Of a stretch of 64,000 nt of DNA, positions 48,305-62,502 are shown in pieces (position 1 is the first letter of the stretch; the number at the start of each line of letters is the position of its first letter). The notes beneath the pieces were generated by a model. It was not told the origin of the DNA. It saw nothing but the letters and a program-made list of their open reading frames with translations, and made no database searches. A program made the translations under genes and the position numbers. Origin of the DNA: Scyliorhinus canicula (lineage: Eukaryota). The stretch is from contig NC_052152.1 of the NCBI RefSeq assembly GCF_902713615.1, positions 46,165,810 through 46,229,809 of the forward strand. The letters are read 5' to 3'.

Positions 48305-50155
48305 ATATTTTTTGATTAATTTATGGGATGGGGCGTTGCATTTATTGCCAATCACTAATTGCCTTTGCGAAGATGGTGGTGAAGTGCCTTCCTGAAGTGC
48401 TACAATCTTGTTGTATAGATATGTCCTCAGCGTTGTTAGGAAGGGAGTTCCAAAATTTTGAGCCAACAACAGTGAAGGAAAGGTGATATATTTCAACGTC
48501 AGGGTGATTTGAGGGGCAACTTCTAGGTAATATACCCATTTGTCTGCTGGCCTTGTTGTTCGAGATGGTAGTGGTTGTGGTTTTGGAAGGTATTGTCTAA
48601 GGAGCTTAGGTGAGCCCATGCAATGCTTCTTGTAGATGGTACACATTGTTGCTATTGTGCATCGGCTGGGAAGAGAATGAATATTTGTGGAAGGGGTAGC
48701 TATCAAGTGGCTTCTTCTTTGATTGTGTCAAGCATTTTGGGTGTTGCTGGAGCTGCACTCATCTAGGCAAATGGAGAGTAGTCCATAACACTCCTGACTT
48801 GCAGATGATGGGACAGGCTTTGGTGAGTTAGGTAAGGTAGGTTAGGTACAGGATCTCTAGCCTCTGACCTGCTCTTGTAGCCACAGTATTTATATGGCTA
48901 GTCCAGTTCAGTTTCTGGTCAATGATAACCCCCAGGATGTTGCTAGTGGGGGATTCAGCGATGGTAATACCGTAATGAATGTCAAGAGACAATGGTTAGA
49001 TTCTCTTGCTTGAGATGGGTCGTTGCCTGGCATTTGTGTAGCGTGATTGTTGCTTGCCACTTGTCAGCCCAAGCCTGGATATTGTCCAGGTCTTGCTACA
49101 TTTGGACAAGGACTGCTTCAGGATCTGAGGAGTCGCATGTGTTGCTGAACATTATGCAGTCACGGCACACATCTGCATTTCTGACCTTATGATGAAAGAA
49201 ACGTCATTGATAAAGCAGCTGGAGATGGTTGGACTGAGGACACTTCCCTGAGGAATACCTGCAGTGATGCCCTGGAGCAGAGATGATTGTCCTCCAATAA
49301 TCACAACCATCTTACTTTGTGCTAGTCTGACTCCAACCAATGTAGAACTTTTCCCCTGATTCCCATTGACTCCAGTTTTGCTGGGGCACATTGAAGCTTC
49401 ACTCAGGTTTTTGCTAAGCAAGTGCAGCTTGGTAGCACTGTTGATGATCCCTTCCATCACTTTATTAATGATTAAGAGTAGACTGATAGGCCAAGTTGGA
49501 TTTGTCCTGCTTTTTGTGTACAGGATCTAACTGGGCAAATTTCCATGTTGTCGGGTATTTGCCAATATTGAAGCTTTCCTGAAACAAATTGACTAGGTCT
49601 CTGCAAGTTCTGCAGCGCATCTTCAGTACTACTGCTGTAATATTGTCAGGGCCCATAGCCTCTGTTGTATCCAGTGCCCATAGCCTCCGTTGTATCCCGT
49701 GCCTTCTGCCTTTTCTTGATATCATGTGGAGTGGATTAAATTGGCAGAAGACTGGCATCTACATTGCTGGGGACCTCCGAAGACCAAGATGGACCATCCA
49801 CTCAGCCCTTCTGGCTGAAAATTGTTGCAAATGCTTCAGACTTCTCTTTGCATTGATGTGATGGGCTCCTTCATCTTTGAAGATGGAAATACTTGTGGAG
49901 CCTCCTCTTCCATTGAGTTTCTAAAAATTGTGCACCACCATTGATGACTGCATATGTCTGGACTGCAGAGCTTAGATTTGATTTGTTGGTTGTGAAATCA
50001 CTTGGCTGTCTATCACTTGCTGCTTCTGTTATTTCGCACACAATCTGTCCCCTGTTATAGCTTCAACAGGTTGACACCTAATTTTTAGATATGCCTGGTG
50101 CTGCTCCTTGCATGCCTTCCTGTACTCTTCGTTAAACAAAGGTTGAACCCCTGGC
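48305..50155 (-). mobile_element. Decayed CR1-clade LINE (RT region)
   Basis: AMGPDNI, WKFAQLDPVHKK and GIPQGSVLSP...FIND remnants. Confidence 0.75.
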
Positions 50156-53100
50156 ATGGTGTTCAATGCCGATCCCATTAAGCACAGTGATAACACCACA
50201 CAACACGATGAAGGGAATCCTCAATGTGAAGCCAAGTCTTATCAATGACATGGTAAGGGGAAACTAACCTTCTTGATCGGTCTAGTCTCTGATATATTTG
50301 ACTACACATCTTCCAAGTGGATGGGATTGCACTTAGTGGTTCCACTCTTATCTATCCAATCATATCAAGAGAACCATTTGCAATTGCTTCTCTTCCCACA
50401 TTGTTAACTCTAAATGTCCCAAGGATCTATCCTTTACCCCTATTTGTTATCTACATGCTACACCTCAGTGATATCGTCTGGAAATGCTACATAAGTTTTC
50501 ATATGTGCTGATGACGTCCAGTTCTCTCACCACTATCTCTCATTTGTCAGACTGAGCATAAGAACCGCAGAAGACTACTTGTCCAACTTCAGTTCAGTAT
50601 GAACAGAAATGTCCTTCAATTAAATGTCGAGAAGACCAAAGCCTGTGGCGCGATTCAACTATTTGGGAAAGAAGTCCCATAGTGGGCATGACTCGCGTTG
50701 TATAAAGGGGCCTCAGTGGGGGACGTGCAGCCAAGGTCTCACATGCACTATACACCACTCACCAGAACTCCCCGGTGTAGCGAGAGATCAGGACGCCATT
50801 TTTAAATGGCGACCTTAAGTGACCCCCGACCTGGCAGCCTGCAGTGCCTATGCCAGCTGTCAATACCACCTGGACACCCAGGTGGCACTGCCAGAATGCC
50901 AGGCTAGCACTGCCAAGGTGCCTAGTAACACCAGCACTGCCGAGCATCACCCTGCCCAAAGGGCATGCAGCTGGGGTTCTCCGATCTTCTGGGAGACCCC
51001 ACGAGTGCCGTTCCATCTGGTCCCTATTTGTGAAACCAGTACCAAACAGAGCACGCCCGAGGTCTCTGAGGCAAAGGGGATAAATCCCAGTCTCAGGTAC
51101 CTTGGGAATCTGCACATTAGTGAGGCTAACTGACTCGTTCTAATATGCATATTTGTCAGTGATCCCGCCCACAATATGCAGGACTTACATCGCAACATTT
51201 TGCAAGAGATCGTGGATCCCACGAGCCGGATACATCCCGGAAAGCTGCGGCGCAGTGCGGCCATTAGATCGCACCCAGGGGCGGCATGGTAGCATAGTGG
51301 ATAGCACTGTTGCAGCACCAGAGTCACAGGTTTGATTCCCGCTTGTGTCACTGTCTGTGCAGAGTCTGCACATTCTCCCCGTGTCTGCGTGGGTTTCCTC
51401 CCACAAGTCCCGAAAGACGTGCTTGTTAGGTGAATTGGACATTCTGAATTCTCCCTCTGTACCCGAACAGGGGATGTTCACAGTAACTTCAATGCAGTGT
51501 TAATGTAAGCCTACTTGCGACAATAATAAAGATATTATTCCTTAGTCACTGACTGAGTTGCTAGGGAGAGCAATAAAGTGTTCACAACCTTGCGGTTATA
51601 ATCGATCCCAAGATGATTAAGGTCACATATCGATGCCATCACTAAGATCTTCTAATTCCATCTCTGTGACGTTCAACTCTGCCTTCATCTCAACTCATCT
51701 GCTGCTGAAATCTCAACTGTTTATTTTTTACCTGTAGACTTGACTATTGGTAGTTACCCAAATTTGAGATAATTCAAAACTCTGCTGTCCATGTCCTCAA
51801 CTGCATTAAGTCTCGTTCACCCATAACCTTGGTGTTTGCTGATCTACATTGTCCTTTGATTAAGCAAAGGCTCAATTTTAAATTTTTCATCCTGGTTTTA
51901 AAATTCTTCTTACCCGTCCTTATCTCTGTAATTGCCTGCACCCTCCAGTATATCTGTGTTCCTGACTCCTGAACATTTGTAATTATTCCAGCAGCACTAT
52001 GCATTCATTTCCCAGGACCCTGAACTCTGGAATTCCTTTCATAAAAACTATTTTTCCTACTTTAAGACACTCCTTAAAAACAAAATCTTACCAAGCTTTT
52101 GGTCATGGCACTTAAAAAGTTTCTTAGGTAGCTCATTTATTTTGACCATGCTTCCGTGAAGCACCGAGGGTGGTTTTACTACATTAAAGTGCAATACAGA
52201 TACATTGTACAACACTACATTGTAAACTCCCCATAATTAACACAAGTCGCACCTAGCATACTTATCAAGCTGAACAGTTGCTTCAAACCTAAATCATAAG
52301 ATATTATAAATAAAGTCCGAATATGGGCTAGCTGATACATCGGCATTCTTTTGTACCACAGCTGTAAGTAATAACAGTTGTTGGTGGTACTAAACTGGAG
52401 CATTTCTGAAAAAGAGACATGTTGTCAAAGCTTTCATCTTACACTTATCAGGACAATAGTAAAGTGAATAATAATTTATACTGCATGAGAAAAGAGCGCT
52501 GATTGGTTGGCAAGTGGACTCTGATTGGTAGAAGAGCTGCTGGATGCACAGTGAAGTTAGCTGCCAAGCTTTTGTTCAAATTCAAACCAGGCAGGTTGAC
52601 TGATTGACCAAGACATTGCCCCAGTTAGTGGATAAATTAAACATGTCATAATAGCATGATTTTATGTTCTTAATTTTTTAAAATGTAAACTGTTATTTTG
52701 GCTATTAGAAATGTTTAGTTGCAGAGTTAATATATATTTTTTAAAAAGAGTAGAGTACCCAATTCTTTTTTTTCCAATTAAGGGGTAATTTAGCGTGGCC
52801 AATTCACCTACCCTGCACATCTTTTTTGGGTTGTGGGGGTGAGACCCTTCAGACACAGGGGGAATGTGCTGTTGCAGCATTAATTAAAACTTAAAGAACA
52901 GAAAGTTGTTTTTTCAGCATTTTTTGGGAACCTGGTGGTCAGCTCATATGGAGTGTCAAGCACACACAGCCAAATACTTTTAAATTTGGGCATAAGAACT
53001 TGGAATACAATATAATAAAGTATGACAAAAATATGGCAACAAGTTGTGCAGATATAGATTGAAAGTCCAAGAACGTATGAAAAATTATTAACCAAAGCAC

Positions 53101-53442
53101 TTGACAACATTTTTTTTGAACAGTCATCACTTTTAATATTTATTACAGGACTGGCCAAGTTACAGACTGCTCATATACACTAATTATTTGTACAATCATT
53201 TTTTAAAGACAAACTATAAAAAAGTTCCATTCTATTGTTTAGCCAACATTATTTACATTGATGAAATGAAAAGAGTAGACAAATCATCAGATTTCTCAGA
53301 CCAGAGCCAGACTCTACCGCAACAGTCCATATTGTGATGTATGTGGTCAGGGCTAGGGTGAAAGTTTGTGCCTCTAATACATGTTTCAAAGTCCGGCAAT
53401 GCTGAGTTACCATTTGTTCCATTATATGTTCCCATCTGAGAA

Positions 53443-53613
53443 CTAGGAGCCATAATTAGCTTCATCAAAAGCCTTCCTGGCACGTTTCAATTCTTCATTC
53501 ATTGTCAACAGGTCCTTTACCCTTGCAAACTTCCGAGGATCTTTACGGATAAGAAAGACAATATCTTCTACTTGAACCCGGCCCTGACGTCCGATTGACA
53601 TGGCCTTGTGAGT
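53443..53613 (-). CDS. TAF13: TAF13 exon 4
   Basis: THKAMSIGRQGRVQVEDIVFLIRKDPRKFARVKDLLTMNEELKRARKAFDEANYGS*; acceptor CTTTATGTAG; candidate AATAAA at 53139-53144. Confidence 0.97.
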   Translation of the reverse strand, partial: THKAMSIGRQGRVQVEDIVFLIRKDPRKFARVKDLLTMNEELKRARKAFDEANYGS

Positions 53614-56024
53614 CTACATAAAGGCAGAATTGCAAATGTCACAATTTTATGTATAAAATGAAAAATATCCCAAAGAATACACTTCTATTTCGCATTCATT
53701 CAATTGTACAAAAATTTGCAGTGCCAAGATATTAGGACTAATGAAGGTAATAATTATGATACGTTATTCAACATGAAACTTATAAGTAAGCAAGCAGTAA
53801 TTTCTGCTCAGATGAAGGATAAATTCCAAATTATCTGTCGCTGGAAAGCTTAAATACAGTAAAAACAAAAACATAATTTTTAGTTTGTTCAACTGATGCT
53901 TTCAAACTTATAACTAAATGGCCATCGCCACTTAAAGAAGTATTTTCACTAGTTGACAACCTTCAAACGTAGGTTTGAGCCTCCACTCGGCTGGGGTACA
54001 GGGAAACACGAGGATTATGGGTCTAACCGATAGCTCTTTCAAGTAGTCAGCACGAGCACAATGAGCAAAAAATGGTCTCCGTGTTGCAAATTCTATATAG
54101 TTTAGATCGCCTGAATTTTATGGGCAATTTCCACTAGATCCAGAAAACAATCTATTCTATTATATTGTTTATTGGTATGTCTGCTCGTCCTTAAATAATA
54201 TATTTCTGGGGGCCAGTTAGCTTAGTTGGCTACACGGCTGGTTTGTGATGCAGAATGATGCCAATAGCACAGTTCAATTCCCATCCCGACTGAGGTTATC
54301 CATGAAGGCCGTGCCGTCCCAATCTTGCTCCTTGCCTGAGGTGTGATGACCCTCAGGTTAAATCTCCATCAGTCAGCTCTCTCTCAAAAGGGGACAGGTG
54401 CCGATGGCCCTTGGGGACTATGGTGACTTCCGTTTACAAATAGTGTTTTCTATGCCACAGCAAACTGCTATGAAATATGAAGTGTCCCAATAACAGATAC
54501 TACTGGGAATAGAGTAAATTTGGAGTATAGACTTTTCTGCTTTTGTAAACTGCATAGTAACTGAATAATTAATATTTGTGGTGCAATCATTTTCCACTTA
54601 CGCAAGACAGATTGTGTAACATTGTTAATAAGAAGCATAGGTCCAGAATGAAGATTCTTCTACTCTGCTCCAACAAGGTTCATTACCATTAATCTCAGAA
54701 GGATGTACAGGGTAGGACTCTTACTTTGTACCATAAATATTTTCATTTTCCATGCCAATAATTCTTCGCTCATGACTTTGCTAAACGAGGCTAATTAGCA
54801 CTGATTTTGCAATTGTCAGCTTAGCCCTGTGGGTCCAAATCTGCTTGCACAAAAGCAAAATACTGCAAATACTAGAAATCAAATAAAAACAGAAAATGCT
54901 GAACAGGTCAGGCAGCATCATCACTGACCTGAAACATTAATTCTGTTTCTCTCTCCACAGATGCTACGTGGCCTGCTGAGTGTTTCCAGCATTTTCTGTT
55001 TTTATTTCTGCTGGCCACTAAATTGCACACATAATAACTGAAATCCCCAGGAGGCTGAATATTACATTTCGTGCTTGCATTGCACAGCATTAATCTTCGC
55101 CCTCAACCAACTCCAGAATTTTTGGACATATTCTAGGTAGAAACCAGTGCAGTATTGAAGGTATATTCCATCATTGCTGCCACCCTTTGGCTAAGACATC
55201 AAACTGATGCCGTGTCTTCCTGTTACAGTGGATAAAACCAATGTTAAAGATTCCAGAAATCTGGCACACATTCCTCTCCAACCAATACCATCTAAAACAG
55301 ATAATCAGATCATCCAGTTTGTTGCTATTTGTAAAATACTTTGCATATAAAATGGCCGCTGGGTTCACCTAGCTAACAATGGTGGCTGTACTTAAAATGT
55401 AATTCATTGTATGCGAAGTACTTTGGAACCTTCGAAAAGTAGGAACGCTCTGAATAAATAAAAGTTCTTTTTTTTAAGTATTTCAAACAATTGTTTTCAA
55501 AGCTTTGCTTGACTTGAACTGAGCAAAACATGTTGTGTTATGAATTTGTTAATAAATGCTGTCATAACTCTAAGAACCCCAGCCTTTCATTACAATGCCC
55601 TATTAAATTTATACCCAGCAACTCATCCTCAAAATTAGCCATGAAAACAAAGCTGAGAATCCTGGAATGCTATAGACACCAATTTTGACATACAGAAGCG
55701 AATGTTCAACAATTAGTGAAGCAATGCAGAGAATTGAAGCTGCAGAGTTGTTTTTTTGAGATAAATAATGAAAATATCTTGGAAAAATTGCACTACCAAG
55801 ATGAGGAAGAGACAGTTGGAATTTCTTGGGCAGGTAATAAGAAATCCTGATTTAGAAAGTCTGATGCTGGTGGGAAAGATGGATGGTAAAAGAGATTGAG
55901 GTTGACAAAGAACAATTTTTTAAAGAGACTCGCTAACTGGGTGAATGTGAAGATGATTCATCTCTCCAGAGCAAAATTAATACGGAAGCCCATGATCGCC
56001 GACACCCTCTCAGGGCATGGTACT

Positions 56025-56732
56025 TGTTGGAGGGCATTTTCTGATACTGGCCTATGATATAAATTATAGGTGGTTCTGTAACTACATTTGTGCTTCTATA
56101 TTAATTCTGAATAGTTCTGATGAGACAAAAGGTACTCATTGGCTTAGATGCCTGTTTAAAAGAGGCAATTTGTCGAAATAGAAAGTGTATACACAATGCT
56201 TAAGGACACAAAATGGCTGTTAGTTATTAAAGCAATACTAAAGACACAAAATGGCTGAACGTAAGCTACCTCACGAGAACCAGGTGTGGTTATGTACAGG
56301 GTGTATTTTAACAGCCACTGATAACAGCTTCACAGAACAAGGAGTACAATGTATCCTTGATAAAGCTCAAGGTCCACAGCTGCAGACAGGACATATCCTT
56401 GTGTTAGTTTTGAATTACTTCTGTATGAAGTTAGGGGTGGGTAAGACAACACCCACTTTAACCATATATGTGATAACTGAGATTCTAAGAAAACTGATTG
56501 AATGCATGTAATGAGTTGTAATGCGAATATAGTTGATTGATTGTATGTAAATAAGAATAAATTTAATTCCGCCCCTTGAATCTGTATATTAACCCGTGTG
56601 AGCCTTAGCTCAAGTGAGAAAGGGTGCTGTCAATAGGCTGCGGAGCCTCAAGCCTTTTCTCCCAGATCTGATAGAATAAACTGTTTCTTTACTCATCCTC
56701 AGGCCTCCGTGTGAATATTTTCACCTCTAACA
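56025..56732 (+). mobile_element. Solo LTR in TAF13 intron 3
   Basis: 5-bp TSD GTACT; terminal IR TGTTGGAGG / CCTCTAACA; AATAAA at 56675-56680. Confidence 0.85.
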
Positions 56733-56794
56733 GTACTTAAAGCTTGGTACCTAGTTAGCAGAATACAACTATGATAAAACAAAGCTCAGCTCAC

Positions 56795-56892
56795 CATCTC
56801 TGTAATAAATTCTATGACAAGATCCTCCAGGATATCCACTGATTCAGTATAAGGATTCTGGTCATCGCCAAAACCATACATCATACATCTTA
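56795..56892 (-). CDS. TAF13: TAF13 exon 3
   Basis: (L)RCMMYGFGDDQNPYTESVDILEDLVIEFITEM; 98 nt; AG acceptor and GTGAG donor. Confidence 0.97.
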
Positions 56893-57689
56893 CTGTTTGG
56901 AAAGAATACAATAAGAATTAGAATGGCCTGTCTCTTAATTGTAATTCCATGTACTTCAAACAAGGATATCCGACTCCTCCACCCATCTACTATAACCAAC
57001 CACTTACTAGAAGAGAGCACGACCCTTAATCTTTGCCTGGTCGTACGACCACCACCAACGAAGAATAAAATATTCTATTTTTTTGTACTCGATTAAAAAA
57101 AAAACATTAAATCCCGTGTGTGTGTGGGTTTCACCCCACAGCCCAAAGATGTGCAGGGTCAGTGGACTGGCCACACTAAATTGCCCCTTAATTAAAAAAT
57201 AAATAAAAACAAGATTAAATTGAAAAGCATGCATTTTTAAGCAAAACTGGGAAACACTACTTTGAGGCAGTATATGAATAAAAGTACAAAGCTTCGACAG
57301 GAATCATGATTTTATTTTATTTTTTAAATCTTCCTTTACAGATAGTTCCCAATGGCACAAGCTACAAAGAAAATTCACAAGAAGATTTTGCATAAATGTC
57401 ATTTAATTATCAAAGTAAAAAGAAAGCATCAGCATAGCATCAGTATTGCAGCACCATCTTGTTAATGAATGCAAACTCTGCTTGCTCATGGCTAATTCAA
57501 AACTTTGCTCCCAAATCATATACTGTACCATCAAATAGTGAAAACCGAAGGAGTTACATGGAGTCTAGTAATTGTAACTTTTAACTATTTTATGCAGAAA
57601 AATGAACTTTGAGATTTGGGTTTTAGACATGTTACTAGATTTGTAATACATTGTTGATTCTTAAATATTTTACCAGCATTATAACTTAC

Positions 57690-57768
57690 ATTCCTTAGAA
57701 AACAATCGTTTTCTTCTGCCTTGACCACCCTCTGCACCACTTCCGCTCTCCTCCACATCTTCATCAAA
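57690..57768 (-). CDS. TAF13: TAF13 exon 2
   Basis: FDEDVEESGSGAEGGQGRRKRLFSKE; 79 nt; TAG acceptor and GTAAGT donor. Confidence 0.95.
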
Positions 57769-59523
57769 CTACAAGGCAAAATAGTCTTATTATTTTTTGT
57801 TATGATAATCATATATTGTACATTATTCACACATCTTCCTCCCAGAATATATTGTTTTATAGTGTATAGTGCTGGATTTGTGATAGCATGTATCAAAAGA
57901 TCTCCCAGGTAGAATTAACAACCAAGGTATGCATGTGTACCTATCAGCCACGTTTTCAAAAACTGTCCCTCTACACCAACATCTCTGAGACAGTTCTAGG
58001 TGGAACCAATTTGGATCCATGCAATGTATCATTGGGAGTTCCTCCAAACTACCAGCTTGGGATATCTTGGGTCAAACATTTTCACCACTAGGTCCAAAAT
58101 CTTTGGAACAGCAAATGTAAAAGCGGGCATTAAAATAATTATTGGAAGTCAACTGCCAAAATGACCTCAATGTGGTTCTGATAACTCTGGTCTAAAATTG
58201 CAATTTAATTTAGCCTTCAGGACACCCTCCCCATATGACCCAAGTGGCCTTCACTCCCTCTAAATAAGAACAGGATGCCCTCCATCCACCATGAATAAGA
58301 TTTCAATACCTTTCACTGCCAGCACTGTCTTTATATCCCAGCCTCTCACAAGCTTCCTGAACTCAGTCTCATTTTCCATTTTATAATAACTTCTGAATTG
58401 TTTTCCCCACCCACAACACCATCTCCACATGTAACCTCCCCCAGCACCATGCAAGAATTTGCCTCTGCTGATCTCTGGCTGTTTCATACCTCACTTCTAC
58501 CCAATGCCACTGATCACCACCCCTTCCTTGACGCTTAATTATAACACCACCCATATCCCTACTTCCATCCCTTGCCTTCTCCATTCTGAGATCGGTTCAT
58601 TATGCTCCACTGTCTAATCCTACTTTTATTTTCCTTTTTTCAAATAAATTTAGAGTACCCAATTCTCTTTTTTTTCCCAATAAAGGGCAATTTAGCGTGG
58701 CCTATCCAGCCTCCCTGCACATCTTATTTGGTTGTGGGGGCAGCACCCATGCAGGCACGGGGAGAATGATCAAGCTCCACATGGACAGTGACCCAGGACC
58801 ACAATCGAACCCACGAGGCAGCAGTGCTAACCACTGCGCCATCATGCCACCCTGTCTAACCCTACCTGACTTGAAGAATTTAAACTAGTCTTGCCTACTG
58901 AGTTGCAACACAAAAGTTACAGTGCACCATTTTGGATGAAACGGTGTGGGAATAGGTCAGTATAGGATATTTGTTTTCGGGAAAATGTGGAAATATTAAA
59001 CAACCAAGGCCTATAGAAAACCCAACACAACGTTCAGTGTCCAGGCACACCCCCTTCCCTCTCAGAGCACAGCAACCTAACCGCTAACTATGAGTGATGG
59101 CAAAATTGACATGATCAAGACCGAGCCACCTCCCCTATACACAAGTCTAATTAAGACACAGAAAAAAGTCTGACTACAACTTTAGCTACACGAGCCCACG
59201 TGATGCTTTCGGGTATGCAACTCTGAAATGACTGCAAGAGGATGCACTCATCGCTGTCACACTCTGAAGCCCTGTCATCTCCAGCAAAGGATGTGCTGTT
59301 CACAGACACAATTTCCATGAAGACAGGCAGCCTGGATTCAAGGTTGACACCAAGAAGGTAAGTATGCTTATCTTTCAGTTAAATATTGCAATATACCTGC
59401 ACCTTCAGGAAGGATACATTTTGAGGGAGTGGGGAATAACATCTTCCATCTGTGTCTACTTCACTTTATACATGTAGCCCTATCTGGAAAACTGCATGTT
59501 GAGATTGTATCTTGAAAAGGTTG

Positions 59524-59717
59524 CCATGATGTGGAGATGCTGGACTGGGGTGAGCACAGTAAGAAGTCTTACAACACCAGATTAAGTCTAACAGGTTTGT
59601 TTCAAACACTAGCTTTCGGAGCACTGCTCCTTCCTCAGGCGAGGAATGAGCAGTGCTCCGAAAGCTAGTGTTTGAAACAAACCTGTTGGACTTAACCTGG
59701 TGTTGTAAGACTTCTTA
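59524..59717. mobile_element. Penelope-type palindromic element, second copy
   Basis: 13-bp TSD CTTGAAAAGGTTG (59511-59523 and 59718-59730); inverted arms; intact hammerhead core on the minus strand at 59607-59641. Confidence 0.82.
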
Positions 59718-59789
59718 CTTGAAAAGGTTGTAATAGCAACAACTTGTACAGCACAGTACAATGTCGTACGGCCCTTTACATTATCAAAC

Positions 59790-61121
59790 AAAATAGGATC
59801 TACTCCTATTTGGAAGCAAATGGACGAATTAGCGAGAGGCAGCATGATTTTGTGAAGGGGAGGTTGTGCCTCACTAACTTGATAGAGTTTTTCGAAGAGG
59901 TCACAAAGATGATTGATGCAGGTAGGGCAGTGGATGTTGTCTGTATGGACTTCAGTAAGGCCTTTGACAAGGTCCCTCATGGTAGACTGGTACAAAAGGT
60001 GAAGTCACACGGGATCAGGGGTGAGCTGACAAGCTGGATACAGAACTGGCTAGGTCATAGAAGGCAGAGAGTAGCAATGGAAGGATGCTTTTCTAATTGG
60101 AGGGCTGTGACTAGTGGTGTTCCGTAGGGATCAGTGCTGGGACCTATGCTGTTCGTAGTATATATAAATGATTTGGAAGAAAATATAACTGGTCTGATTT
60201 GTAAGTTTGCAGACGACACAAAGGTTGGTGGAATTGAGGATAGCGATGAGGACTGTCAGAGGATACAGCAGGATTTAGATCGTTTGGAGACTTGGCAGAG
60301 AGATGGCAGATGGAGTTTAATCCGGACAAATGTGAGGTAATGCATTTTGGAAGCTCTAATGCAGGTAGGGAATATACAGTGAATGGTAGAACCCTCAAGA
60401 GTATTGAAAGTCAGAGAGATCTAGGTGTACAGGTCCACAGGTCACTGAAAGGGGCAACACAGGTGGAGAAGGTAGTCAAGAAGGCATTCTGCATGCTTGC
60501 CTTCAATGGCCAGGGCATTGAGTATAAGAATTGGCAAGTCATGTTGCAGCTGTATAGAACCTTAGTTCGGCCACACTTGGAGTATAGTGTTCAATTCTGG
60601 TCACCACACTACCAGAAGGACGTGGAGGCTTTAGAGAGGGTGCAGAAGAGATTTACCAGGATGTTGCCTGGTATGGAGGGCATTAGCTATGATGAGCGGT
60701 TCAATAAACTCGCTTTGTTCTCACTGGAACAACGGAGGTTGAGGGGCGACCTGATAGAGGCCAACAAAATTATGAGGGGCATAGACAGAGTGGATAGTCA
60801 GAGGCTTTTTCCCAGGGTAGAGGGGTCAATTACTGGAGGGCATAGGTTTAAGGTGCGAGGGGCAAGGTTTAGAGATGTACGAGGCAAGTTTTTTTTACAG
60901 AGGGCAGTGGGTACCTGTAACTCGCTGCCGGAGGAGGTGGTGGAAGCAGGGACGATAGTGACATTTATTAGTGATCTTGACAAATACATGAATAGGATGG
61001 GAATAGAGGGATACGGACCCAGGAAGTGTAGAAGATTTTAGTTTAGACAGGCAGCATGGTCGGCACAGGCTTGGAGGGCCGAAGGGCCTGTTCCTGTGCT
61101 GTACTTTTCTTTGTTCTTTGT
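59790..61121 (+). mobile_element. 5'-truncated CR1 LINE (RT C-terminal part) in TAF13 intron 1
   Basis: DFSKAFD and FADD motifs; stop at 60125 and a frameshift near 60295; TTCTTTG tail; TSD TCAAAC. Confidence 0.9.
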
Positions 61122-61224
61122 TCAAACCAGTCAACCTCCTGGCCTGACTGCTCTCAGTGCAAGCAATGATTCCAATGACCTGATTGTGTCAATGAATTCT
61201 CCCTACAAGCAATAAAGTGAAATA

Positions 61225-61815
61225 GGAACATTGGAACATAGGAGTAGGCCATTCAGCCCATCAAGCCTGCTCTGCCATTTAATACGATCATGGCTGATTA
61301 GACATTTCAATGCCTTTTACATCCACTATCCCCATAACCCTTTGTGTTATTGTTAATCAGAAATGTATTGATTATTGCTTTAAACATACACAACTGAGCT
61401 TGTATAGCTCTCTGTGGAAGAGAATTCCAAAGATTCACAACCCTTTGTGTTCACAACCCTAAGGAGAAAGAAATTTCTCCTTATCTTGGTCCTAAGTGGC
61501 ATCCCCCTTATTTTGAAATTATGCCTAAGGGAAACATCTTACCTGCATCTACCCTGTCCATTCCTTTAAGTATTTTGTAGGTTTCAATGAGATCACCTCT
61601 CATTCTTCAAAGCTCAAACGTTTGCCAAAACTCTCTTCATAAGACAGAACCATCATCCCTGGAACAAGAGTGGTGAACCTTTGTTGCACTCTCTCTATGG
61701 CAATAATATCCTCTCTGAAGTAAGGGGACCAAAACTGCACACAGTATTCCAGGTGTGGTCTAACCAAAGTCCTAGACAATTGAAGCAAGACCTCACTACT
61801 CTTGTACTCAAACGT
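61225..61815 (-). mobile_element. Decayed CR1 3' fragment
   Basis: LVRPHLEYCVQFWSP motif in ORF 61600-61884. Confidence 0.75.
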
Positions 61816-62475
61816 ACAAATATAAGGTGGCATTTGTAAAATATCCTTTTGTATAATATCCTGATAAATTATACAAGGGATCATTAAAGGTAAATTGTAA
61901 CGTCATTTTAAACATAAGCACTTGTGCTCAAAATGAGAAAAATAAAAAAAAAGGACCAAAAACCACAGAATGTGAGAATACATACAAAATAAAATGTGAC
62001 CATTATGTCGTGTTGAGGGTTATAATGCACAATAGAAGATTGCAGAGTTAGGGGTGAAATGAGAGCTATTACCCTCGCCAGCGACACTCACAACCCCGGA
62101 AAAATTTAAAAAACTCCTCTCCGTTCATCCTGTAACCCTCAATTCTCCACACCATGACATGCATATTCGCTAAACAAATAAAAATGAGACGCCCCTCAAG
62201 GCATCAGGTTCCTTCCTGAAGGCAAATGCGACCCGACCCCATTAAAACTGGTCACAGAGAAGCAGGGTTAATTACAGCTCCTGATGTCTGGCTATTTCGT
62301 TCACGACAAGGCTTTGGACAACAATCTGTATCTGCGGAGATAGGCAACAGTTAAATTTGACCGTTTTCCGGGTGCTTCATTCCCGCCGCTGCTCTTGAGT
62401 GCCCAGCGTCAGGAGGCAGCGATCAATAACCGCCCTGAGCGCTTTGAAAATGTTAAACAATGGAGCCGGACTCAC

Positions 62476-62502
62476 CGCCTGCTCATCGTCCTCATCGGCC
62501 AT
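62476..62502 (-). CDS. TAF13: TAF13 exon 1 (coding part)
   Basis: AAG-ATG-GCC start, MADEDDEQA, donor GTGAGT. The four exons total 375 nt, giving 124 aa. Confidence 0.92.
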
